A stretch of DNA of 64,000 nt from Burkholderiales bacterium (lineage in GTDB: Bacteria > Pseudomonadota > Gammaproteobacteria > Burkholderiales > SG8-39). The notes under the pieces were generated by a model. The model did no database searches. It saw nothing but the letters and a program-made list of their open reading frames with translations, and was not told where the DNA came from. Location of the stretch: contig DASSQD010000069.1 of the NCBI GenBank assembly GCA_035702665.1, positions 14,201 to 78,200 of the forward strand, in the 5' to 3' direction. Positions 13,396-21,290 of this stretch are shown piece by piece (the first letter of the stretch is position 1; each line of letters begins with the position of its first letter). Position numbers and translations under genes: made by a program.

Positions 13396-14319
13396 TTAGG
13401 CCATTGCGAAGCGAAGCTCGCCCGCCCGTTCGTCGAGAGCAGGGCTTTCGGTGCGCCGGATTTGCGAGCGCCCGAGGCGGCTCATCAGCTTAAGGTCCTT
13501 CTCCTCGACACGCAGCGCCGCGTCAACCCAGACGTTGGCGATGTTGCGCAGCTCGTCGTAGGTGATTGGGTTGAGGTGTCGCCGGCATTCGAGCATCGCC
13601 TGCACGCCGTTGCGCCGCCGCTCGTTGTTGCGGATGTAAGACCGCACCGCGGACTCTCCGTCGCCGTCTTCGGCGATGACGTCCACGACGCCCATCTCGT
13701 GGAGCTGGGCGGCCGAGTAGACGCGCCCGGACAGGATCATCTCCTCGGCGCGCTTCGTCCCGACGCGCCGCGCGAGCAGGCTGTAGGCGCCGTTGCCGGG
13801 AAACAGGTTGAAGAGGATTTCCGGCAGCCCCATCTGCGAGCGGCGCTCGGCGATGATCACGCTCGAGGCGAGCGCGGTTTCAAAGCCGCCGCCCAGTGCT
13901 TCTCCCTGCACCAGCGAAATCGTAGTGATAGGGCTGTTGTAGTTGCAGAGCCTGGGGTACATGTTGTCCACGCACAGCTTGGCGTAACGCGCAAGAGTGT
14001 CGCGATCTCCCGACCTGATGAGCTGCACCAGGCTCGAGAGATTTCCGCCGAGACTGAAAATGCCTTCGACCCTGGACGCGCCCACGTAGTAGTGGATCTG
14101 GCGCAATTCCCCCTGGTGCAGCACGCGGCCTCCCGAGGACTCGATCGCGCTGTCGTGGGCGCGCAGCTCTTCGAGCATGGCCAGGTTGAAGCACGGCGCG
14201 CCGAGAGGCTTCATGTACGTCCAGGTGGCCGCGAGCTCGGGATCGAAGCGGACCTCGATCTGCCGGTATTGCCTTTGAAACATCCCCTCTATAGCTCCAA
14301 AATCGACCGGTGCGTTCAT
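13396..14319 (-). CDS. rpfF: DSF synthase-like enoyl-CoA hydratase/crotonase (RpfF family)
   Basis: Aligns from memory with Xanthomonas RpfF at LGGNLSSLVQLIRSGDR, VQGEALGGGFETAL, MGLPEILFNLFPGNGAYS and WVDAALRVEEKDLKLMSRLGRSQ. AAGGGA Shine-Dalgarno lies before ATG 14319. Confidence 0.85.
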   Translation of the reverse strand: MNAPVDFGAIEGMFQRQYRQIEVRFDPELAATWTYMKPLGAPCFNLAMLEELRAHDSAIESSGGRVLHQGELRQIHYYVGASRVEGIFSLGGNLSSLVQLIRSGDRDTLARYAKLCVDNMYPRLCNYNSPITTISLVQGEALGGGFETALASSVIIAERRSQMGLPEILFNLFPGNGAYSLLARRVGTKRAEEMILSGRVYSAAQLHEMGVVDVIAEDGDGESAVRSYIRNNERRRNGVQAMLECRRHLNPITYDELRNIANVWVDAALRVEEKDLKLMSRLGRSQIRRTESPALDERAGELRFAMA

Positions 14320-14416
14320 CGTTTTCCCTTTCGTTGGTGTGTTGAAGATACTGATTGTGGAAGAAAAGCTGTTTTGCGCAGACTATACTCCCAATCGAAT
14401 GCTGACAAGGGAGGCG

Positions 14417-14441
14417 TATTCCATTGTCCTATTCCACTGTC
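14417..14441. repeat. tandem direct repeat TATTCCAYTGTC x2 in the rpfF/cyclase divergent intergenic region (possible regulator site)
   Basis: TATTCCATTGTC at 14417-14428 and TATTCCACTGTC at 14430-14441, a 13-bp register. Confidence 0.4.
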
Positions 14442-14546
14442 ATGGCGACCGGCGCACAGCCATAGCCCCGGTGAACGCGTGAAAATTTGGCACCCCGTCA
14501 GGGCGGGGCGGGTCCCGCTCGAGGGCGATGCAGAGACGTTCGCACG

Positions 14547-16190
14547 ATGACGAACCTGAAGACGCGCGCCCGCATACTCGCCCTCGTCGTCCTCGCGGCG
14601 CTGCCAGCACTGGTTCTGACCGTCTACAGCGCGCTCGAGCGTCGTGAGACGGAAGAAAGGCAGGCACGCGCCGAGCTCGTGCGCCTGGTAAGGCTGGCTG
14701 CGATGCAGCAATGGCAGGTCGTGGAGAGCGCCCGGCAGATGATGGCCGCATCGCTGCCTATCCTCGTCACGCTGGTGGACGACGGGCGGCGCTGCACGGA
14801 GTACTTCGGGAACTTGCTCGCGCAGAACCGTGACAACTATCACGCGATGGGCCTGTTCGATGCGAGCGGCAACCTGCTCTGCAACGCGAAGACTTGGCGG
14901 GCAAAGGTGTACAGCGGCGACCGTCTCTACTTCAGGCTGGCCAAGGAAACGGGTCGATTCGCCGTCGGCGAATATCAGATCGGTCGCGTGACGGGCCAAG
15001 CGGGGATCAATTTCGGCTACCCGGTCAAGGACGCCGGCAGCAAGGTCCGCGCCGTAGCCTTCGCCGGGCTCGACCTCAAGGACCTCGCGCGAATGGCCGA
15101 GGCGACGCCGCTGCCGCCCGACGGCATCCTGAGCGTGATCGACGTGAAGGGGACGATCCTCTCGCGCAAGCCCGCCCTGAACGAGCGCATCGGCGAGAAG
15201 CTGTGGAATCCCCAGGTGATCGAGTCGATACTCGCCGGGAGCGAGGGCGTGCTCGAAGTCAAGGGCGAGGACGGCGTCAACTGGCTGCTCGCCCACCAGG
15301 TCATCTATAAGAACCCCGACGGCGCCTTTCCGCTGCGAGTCCTGATCACGGTGCCGCTGAGCCAGGTTTTCGCCGAGGCGAATCGGGCGCTGGTTCGCGA
15401 CCTGCTCGGGATCTTGCTGGCTACTCTGTTCCTTCTCGTCGCCGCCTGGTTCGGCGCCGAGCTGTTCATGCTGCGGAAGTTCAGGGCCCTGCTCGGCGCG
15501 GCAGAACGCATGCGCGGCGGCGACCTGAATGCGCGCACCGGCATCGAGTACGGAAAGGAAGAGCTCGGCCAGCTCGCGCACGCCTTCGACGACATGGCGG
15601 GAGCACTCCAGCTGCGCGAGCAGAGGCTTCAGGAGCAGGCGATATCGGACCCGCTCACCGGTCTGTACAACCGCCGCTACCTCAACGAGTTCCTCCCGCG
15701 CGAACTGGCGCGGTCGGGCCGCAACAAGACGCCTGTCGCGGTGATACTGCTCGACTTGGACAGGTTCAAAGGGGTGAACGATTCGTTCGGGCACGAGGCG
15801 GGCGACCTCGTCCTGAGCGCCGTCGCGAACCTGCTGAAAGGGAAAGTACGGGGCAGCGACATCGCCTGCCGCTACGGCGGCGAGGAATTCGCCCTGGTGC
15901 TGCCCGAGACCGGCCTCGAGCCGGCAGCGAGACGCGCCGAGGACATACGCGTCGCCATCTCCGCGCTCGATCTCAAGTATGCGGGAAGATACTTCGGCAG
16001 GATGACGGCGTCGATCGGGATCGCTCTGTTCCCGGATCACTCGCGGGACGCCGACGGCCTGTTGCGCGTCGCCGACATCGCGCTCTATGCCGCCAAAGGC
16101 GCAGGCCGCGACCGGGTTGTCGTAGCACACGGGGCCGGGTCCGATGCTGCAGAGCGAGTCGATTCAGGCTCGGCCGGCGCGCGACGATGA
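14547..16190 (+). CDS. sensor diguanylate cyclase (TM, Cache-like periplasmic domain, HAMP, GGDEF)
   Basis: N-terminal TM ILALVVLAALPALVLTVY and a second TM before the HAMP domain. Active-site GGEEF, with an RGSD (RxxD I-site) 5 residues upstream. ATG 14547 chosen. Confidence 0.88.
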   Translation: MTNLKTRARILALVVLAALPALVLTVYSALERRETEERQARAELVRLVRLAAMQQWQVVESARQMMAASLPILVTLVDDGRRCTEYFGNLLAQNRDNYHAMGLFDASGNLLCNAKTWRAKVYSGDRLYFRLAKETGRFAVGEYQIGRVTGQAGINFGYPVKDAGSKVRAVAFAGLDLKDLARMAEATPLPPDGILSVIDVKGTILSRKPALNERIGEKLWNPQVIESILAGSEGVLEVKGEDGVNWLLAHQVIYKNPDGAFPLRVLITVPLSQVFAEANRALVRDLLGILLATLFLLVAAWFGAELFMLRKFRALLGAAERMRGGDLNARTGIEYGKEELGQLAHAFDDMAGALQLREQRLQEQAISDPLTGLYNRRYLNEFLPRELARSGRNKTPVAVILLDLDRFKGVNDSFGHEAGDLVLSAVANLLKGKVRGSDIACRYGGEEFALVLPETGLEPAARRAEDIRVAISALDLKYAGRYFGRMTASIGIALFPDHSRDADGLLRVADIALYAAKGAGRDRVVVAHGAGSDAAERVDSGSAGARR

Positions 16191-16195
16191 AGAAG

Positions 16196-16271
16196 TGGCT
16201 CCCCGACCAGGGCTCGAACCTGGGACCTGCGGATTAACAGTCCGTCGCTCTACCAGCTGAGCTATCGGGGA
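16196..16271 (-). tRNA. tRNA-Asn (GTT)
   Basis: Reverse complement is TCCCCGATAGCTCAGCTGGTAGAGCGACGGACTGTTAATCCGCAGGTCCCAGGTTCGAGCCCTGGTCGGGGAGCCA. Cloverleaf is consistent, anticodon loop is CTGTTAA, CCA is encoded. Confidence 0.95.
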
Positions 16272-16418
16272 TTGGGGTTCCGACCGAGCGGCGGGTCGGA
16301 GCATCGGGAGGCGCGTATTCTAATTCTCGCGCAGGGGGCCGGTCAACGCGAGTAGCGCGGGCGTCGCTCGCAGTTCGTATAATTGGTCTCCGAGACTCGC
16401 GCGCCAGAGGAGTATCCC

Positions 16419-17396
16419 TTGTTTCAGCTGACCCGATGGACCGTTGCCGCCTTCGCCGCGACGTTCTTCGCTCCCGCCTTGTGCATCGCGCAGGACGGCG
16501 ACTGGCCGAACCGCACGATCCAGATCGTCGTTCCGTATACGCCGGGCACCGGCGGCGACATCCTTGCGCGGGTCTTCGGTCCCAAGCTCGCAGAACGCTG
16601 GAAGGTGGCCGTGGTCGTCGACAACCGGGCCGGAGCCTCGGGCAACATCGGGACCGATTTCGTGGCCAAGGCCGCGCCCGACGGCTATACGTTGCTCTGC
16701 ACCGCGACGTCCTTCGGCACCAATCCTGCGGTGAACCGGAACCTGCCGTTCGATCCGGTCAAGAGCTTTGTCCCGGTGATACAGCTTGCGAGCAGCTCGG
16801 TCTCGGTGATCGTCACCCCGAGCCTGCCCGCCAGATCGATGCGCGAGTTTCTCGAGCTGGCGCGCCGCGAGCCGGGGAAGCTCTACTACGCGTCTCCGGG
16901 CAACGGTGGTCCCCAGCATCTCGCCATGGAGCTGCTAAAGCAGGAGGCGCATATCAATCTCGTTCACGTGCCCTACAAGGGCTCGGGAGGCGCGTTGACC
17001 GATCTGGTCGGCGGTCACGTGCAGGCGATGATTGTGTCGCTGCAGACGGCCGCCCCCTATGTCCAGAGCGGGAAGCTGCGTATGCTGGCCGTGATGAGCG
17101 GCGAACGGCCGGAGGCTTTCCCCGACGTTCCGACGCTCAAGGAGCTCGGCTTGGGCGACCTTGAAGTCGATACTTGGTACGGGGTCTTCGCTCCTGCCGG
17201 AACGAACGCGGCCGTCGTCGCGAAGGTGAATGCGGAATTGAACGCCTTGCTCAAGCAGCCCGAGGTTCGCTCCTTCCTCGCGAAGCAGGGGATGAGCCCC
17301 GTCGGCGGAAGCTCCGAGCGCTTCGCCGAGCTGGTGCGCAAGGAGCTGGCGCGGTGGTCGCGCGTGGTCGCGGCCGCCGGGATCAAGGCCGACTAG
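16419..17396 (+). CDS. Bug-family tripartite tricarboxylate transporter substrate-binding protein (TctC-like)
   Basis: Signal peptide FQLTRWTVAAFAATFFAPALCIAQ, then WPNRTIQIVVPYTPGTGGD and GYTLL. TTG 16419 follows a GAGGAG SD; the track start 16383 is also possible. Confidence 0.85.
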   Translation: MFQLTRWTVAAFAATFFAPALCIAQDGDWPNRTIQIVVPYTPGTGGDILARVFGPKLAERWKVAVVVDNRAGASGNIGTDFVAKAAPDGYTLLCTATSFGTNPAVNRNLPFDPVKSFVPVIQLASSSVSVIVTPSLPARSMREFLELARREPGKLYYASPGNGGPQHLAMELLKQEAHINLVHVPYKGSGGALTDLVGGHVQAMIVSLQTAAPYVQSGKLRMLAVMSGERPEAFPDVPTLKELGLGDLEVDTWYGVFAPAGTNAAVVAKVNAELNALLKQPEVRSFLAKQGMSPVGGSSERFAELVRKELARWSRVVAAAGIKAD

Positions 17397-17415
17397 GAAC
17401 TCGCGAGGGGAACCG

Positions 17416-18120
17416 ATGGACCCGATTGAAGATCTCGTCGCGGCAAACCGGATTCTCGCCGAGCACGGCGTCATCGACGCCTACGGCCACGTGAGCGTGC
17501 GCTCGGCGAGCGACCCGAAACGCTACCTGCTGTCCCGCTCGATCGCGCCCGAGCTGGTGACGCGCGGCGACATCATCGAATACGACCTGGACAGCAACGC
17601 GATCGACGCCCGGGGGCGAGAGTCGGTGCGCGAGCGGTTCATCCACGGCGAGATCTACAAGGCGCGACCCGACGTGAACGCGGTCGTCCACAATCATTCT
17701 CCGTCGGTCGTGCCCTTCAGCGTCACAACGGTCCCCATGCGGCCGCTGTTCCACATGGCTGCCTTCGTCGGCGACGGCGTCCCGAATTTCGAGATCCGCG
17801 ACGCCGAGAAGGGCACCGATCTCCTGGTGAAGACCCCGTACCTGGGCCAGGCCCTGGCGAAGACGCTCGGCAAGAGCCCGGCGGCGCTCATGCGCGGGCA
17901 CGGCTCGGTGACCGTCGGCGAGACCCTTCCCCGCGCGGTAGGGCGCAGCATCTATCTCGAGCAGAGCGCCCGCATGCAGCTGCAGGCGCTCGCGATCGCG
18001 GGGCCCGGAGGCAGGATCGTCTATCTCGACGACAGCGAAGTCCGCGCTTCGGTCCCCGGGCAGGACTACAACCGTGCCTGGCCGATGTGGCGGGCCAAGG
18101 CGCTCGCCGGCCTCAAGTGA
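17416..18120 (+). CDS. class II aldolase/adducin-domain protein
   Basis: 234 aa, with GHVSVR..HGEIY..VVHNHSP..LMRGHGSVTVG as in the class II aldolase fold. Confidence 0.75.
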   Translation: MDPIEDLVAANRILAEHGVIDAYGHVSVRSASDPKRYLLSRSIAPELVTRGDIIEYDLDSNAIDARGRESVRERFIHGEIYKARPDVNAVVHNHSPSVVPFSVTTVPMRPLFHMAAFVGDGVPNFEIRDAEKGTDLLVKTPYLGQALAKTLGKSPAALMRGHGSVTVGETLPRAVGRSIYLEQSARMQLQALAIAGPGGRIVYLDDSEVRASVPGQDYNRAWPMWRAKALAGLK

Positions 18121-19292
18121 TCTTCCAGCGCCTTGCCGACGGCCTCGCCGCCCTGCGCGGCGCGGGCCTCATGCGGCATCGCTTGGTCCGTGAAAGCGCG
18201 CAGGGGCCGCGCGTCCGCGTGGGCGGGCGCGAATATCTCGCCTTCTGCAGCAACGACTATCTCGGCCTCGCGAACCATCCGCGCGTCGTGGAGGCGGCGG
18301 TCGATGCGGTCTTGCGCCACGGGGTCGGCCAAGGCGCCTCGCATCTGCTCGGTGGTCACAGCGCTCTGCACGAGCGGCTCGAGTCGGCGCTCGCGGAATT
18401 CGTGCAGATGCCGCGAGCGCTGCTCTTCTCCAGCGGATACCAGGCGAACATCGGCGCCGTCACGGCTCTCGCGGGTCCTGAGGACGCGGTGTTCTCGGAT
18501 GCGCTCAACCACGCTTCGCTGATCGACGGCGTGCGCTTGTCGCGTGCCCGGGTCGTGCGCTATCCCCACCGCGACGTCGCGTTCCTCGAGGAGGCGCTCG
18601 CCTCGTCCGCGGGCGGGACCAAGCTGATCGTCACCGATGCCGTGTTCAGCATGGACGGGGATATCGCGCCCATTCCGGCGCTGCTCGATCTGTGCGAGCG
18701 CCACGACGCGCTGCTGCTCGTCGACGATGCGCACGGCTTCGGAGTGCTGGGTCCCGAGGGGCGCGGCTCGCTGGCCCACTTCGCGGTGCGCTCGCCGCGT
18801 GTCGCCTACGTCGGGACCCTGGGCAAGGCGGCGGGTGTGTCGGGCGCGTTCGTCGCCGGCGCCGCCGACATCGTGGAGACCGTGCTGCAGCGGGCGCGAA
18901 CCTACGTCTACACCACGGCCTCGCCGGCGATGCTCGCCGCCGCGGTCGAGGCGAGCCTGCAGCTGATCCGCAAGGAGGAATGGCGGCGCGAACGCCTGCG
19001 GGCTCTCACCGCGTCGCTGAAGCAGGCACTTCGGGACAGCGACGCCGCACCGACTCCCTCCGAAACCCCGATCCAGCCCCTAATCCTGGGAACGAACGCC
19101 AGGGCGCTGGGCGCGAGCGCGGTGCTGCGCGAGCGCGGCATCCTCGTGCCGGCGATTCGCCCGCCGACGGTGCCCGAGGGCACGGCGCGCCTCCGGATCT
19201 CGCTGTCCGCGGCGCACAGCGAGCAGGATGTTGCGGACCTCGTGGCCGCCTTGCGCGAGGCGTGCCCGAGCGGCGCCGAGGCGCACGCCTAG
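18117..19292 (+). CDS. bioF: 8-amino-7-oxononanoate synthase
   Basis: YLAFCSNDYLGLANHP..VDDAHGFGVLG..GTLGKA (PLP lysine). GTG 18117 overlaps the aldolase TGA. Confidence 0.9.
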   Translation: MIFQRLADGLAALRGAGLMRHRLVRESAQGPRVRVGGREYLAFCSNDYLGLANHPRVVEAAVDAVLRHGVGQGASHLLGGHSALHERLESALAEFVQMPRALLFSSGYQANIGAVTALAGPEDAVFSDALNHASLIDGVRLSRARVVRYPHRDVAFLEEALASSAGGTKLIVTDAVFSMDGDIAPIPALLDLCERHDALLLVDDAHGFGVLGPEGRGSLAHFAVRSPRVAYVGTLGKAAGVSGAFVAGAADIVETVLQRARTYVYTTASPAMLAAAVEASLQLIRKEEWRRERLRALTASLKQALRDSDAAPTPSETPIQPLILGTNARALGASAVLRERGILVPAIRPPTVPEGTARLRISLSAAHSEQDVADLVAALREACPSGAEAHA

Positions 19293-19302
19293 ATCGGGCG
19301 AC

Positions 19303-19980
19303 GTGGGTCAGGGCTTCTTCGTTACCGGAACCGACACCGGCGTCGGCAAGACGCTGGTCAGCTGCGCGCTGCTGCGCGCGTTCACCGTCAGCGGAAGATC
19401 GACGGTCGGCATGAAGCCCGTCGCCGCGGGAAGCGAGGGCGGGCGCTGGCCGGACGTGGACGCGCTGGTCTCGGCGAGCTCGGTCCGCGCTCCGGCGAAG
19501 CTGGTCAACCCCTACGCCTTCGAGCCGGCGCTTGCGCCCCACATCGCCGCGGAGCTCGTTGGCGCGAGGATCGAAATCGATGTGATCGCGCGAGCGTACC
19601 GCGAGCTGGCCCGATACGCGGAGGTGGCGATCGTCGAAGGGGTGGGGGGGTTTCTCGTCCCGTTGAACACGCATGACACCACCGCCGATCTGGCGAGGCG
19701 CCTCCGCTTGCCGGTCGTGCTGGTCGTCGGCATGCGGCTCGGCTGCCTCAACCACGCGCTCCTCACGAGGGCGCAGATTGACGCCTGCGGCCTGCGCTGC
19801 GCGGGCTGGGTCGCCAACGGCATTGCTTCCGATATGCCGCAGCTCGACGCGAACATCCACGCCCTCGAGGACAGGCTCGACTGTCCGCTTCTCGGCTCCG
19901 TGCCGTTTCAGCGCCGTCCCGAGCCCGAAGGCGTTTCGCATCTGCTGCGCCTGGAGAACCTGATCGAGGCGACGGCGTGA
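19303..19980 (+). CDS. bioD: dethiobiotin synthase
   Basis: GFFVTGTDTGVGKT P-loop. GTG 19303 chosen; the upstream part of the track ORF overlaps bioF. Confidence 0.88.
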   Translation: MGQGFFVTGTDTGVGKTLVSCALLRAFTVSGRSTVGMKPVAAGSEGGRWPDVDALVSASSVRAPAKLVNPYAFEPALAPHIAAELVGARIEIDVIARAYRELARYAEVAIVEGVGGFLVPLNTHDTTADLARRLRLPVVLVVGMRLGCLNHALLTRAQIDACGLRCAGWVANGIASDMPQLDANIHALEDRLDCPLLGSVPFQRRPEPEGVSHLLRLENLIEATA

Positions 19981-21290
19981 GCGCGAACGCCAAGCTCGCC
20001 GAACGCAGCCTGCGCGCGGTGTGGCACCCTTGCACCCAGATGAAGCACCACGAGGCGTTCCCGCCGGTTCCGATCAGCCGCGCGCAGGGCGTCTGGCTGT
20101 TCGACGCCGACGGCCGTCGCATTCTCGATGCGATCAGCTCGTGGTGGGTGAACCTGCTCGGGCACGGTCACCCGCGCGTCAACGCGGCGCTGGGCGCACA
20201 GATCGATTCGCTCGATCACATCATGCTCGCCGGACTCACCCACGAGCCCGTTGTTGCGCTCGCCGAGCGCCTGGCACGGCTCGCCCCGCGCGGCCTGGGC
20301 CACTGCTGCTTCGGGTCCGACGGGGCATCCGCGATCGAGATGGCGCTGAAGATGAGCCATCAGTACTGGAGGAACGTCGGCAAGCCGGAGAAGGCGGAGT
20401 TCGTGGCCCTCGTAAACGGTTACCATGGGGAGACGCTCGGCGCGCTGTCGGTGACCGACATCCCGCTGTTCCGCGAGAGCTACGCGCCCCTGCTCCAGAG
20501 GAGCGCGAGGGTCCCGTCGCCCGACTGGAGGCTGGCCCGGCATGCCGAGAGTCCGAGTGACTACGCTGCCCGCTGTTCCCTCGCGCTCGAGGCGCATCTC
20601 GAGAGCCATGCGCGCCGTACCGCGGCGCTCGTCGTCGAGCCGCTGGTGCAATGCGCCGGCGGCATGGCGATGCACGACCCGGAGTATCTGCGGCGAGCGC
20701 GGGCGATCTGCGACCGCTTCGAGGTCCTCCTCATCGCCGACGAGATCGCCGTAGGCTTCGGGCGCACGGGAACCCTCTTCGCCTGCGAGCAGGCGGGGAT
20801 CGCTCCCGACCTGCTGTGCCTGTCCAAGGGGATCACGGGGGGCTACCTGCCGCTTTCGGTCGTGATGGCGACCGATCGGATCTACGCGGCCTTCTACGAC
20901 GACCGCCTCGAGCGCGGATTCCTGCATTCGCACTCCTACAGCGGCAACCCGCTCGCCTGCCGCGCCGCGCTCGCGGTGCTCGACATCATCGAGGACGAGC
21001 GGATCCTGGAGAGCAATCGGGATACCGCGGCTTACGTCAACCGGCGCGCCGCGCCGATCCGTTCGCATCCCTGCGTGGAGCATTTCCGCAACACCGGGAT
21101 GATCTGGGCGTTCGACGCGAAGGGCGCCGGGCCGGGGTTCGCCAAGGACTTTTCGCGGCGGGCCCTCGAGGCGGGGGTGCTGCTCAGGCCGATCGGCTCC
21201 ACCGTATACTGGATGCCGCCCTACGGCATCGGGACGGCCGAAGTCGACTTCCTACTCGACGCCGTCGCGCGACTTCTCGAATCGACATGA
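19977..21290 (+). CDS. bioA: adenosylmethionine-8-amino-7-oxononanoate aminotransferase
   Basis: [37 protein letters not shown] overlaps the bioD TGA. Confidence 0.92.
   Translation: MSANAKLAERSLRAVWHPCTQMKHHEAFPPVPISRAQGVWLFDADGRRILDAISSWWVNLLGHGHPRVNAALGAQIDSLDHIMLAGLTHEPVVALAERLARLAPRGLGHCCFGSDGASAIEMALKMSHQYWRNVGKPEKAEFVALVNGYHGETLGALSVTDIPLFRESYAPLLQRSARVPSPDWRLARHAESPSDYAARCSLALEAHLESHARRTAALVVEPLVQCAGGMAMHDPEYLRRARAICDRFEVLLIADEIAVGFGRTGTLFACEQAGIAPDLLCLSKGITGGYLPLSVVMATDRIYAAFYDDRLERGFLHSHSYSGNPLACRAALAVLDIIEDERILESNRDTAAYVNRRAAPIRSHPCVEHFRNTGMIWAFDAKGAGPGFAKDFSRRALEAGVLLRPIGSTVYWMPPYGIGTAEVDFLLDAVARLLEST

Noticed and set aside
13222-14550. 442-aa plus-strand ORF covering the KAS-rpfF gap and all of rpfF
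   Set aside because: It is antisense to the well-supported RpfF-like gene. Its translation is low-complexity and without motifs.
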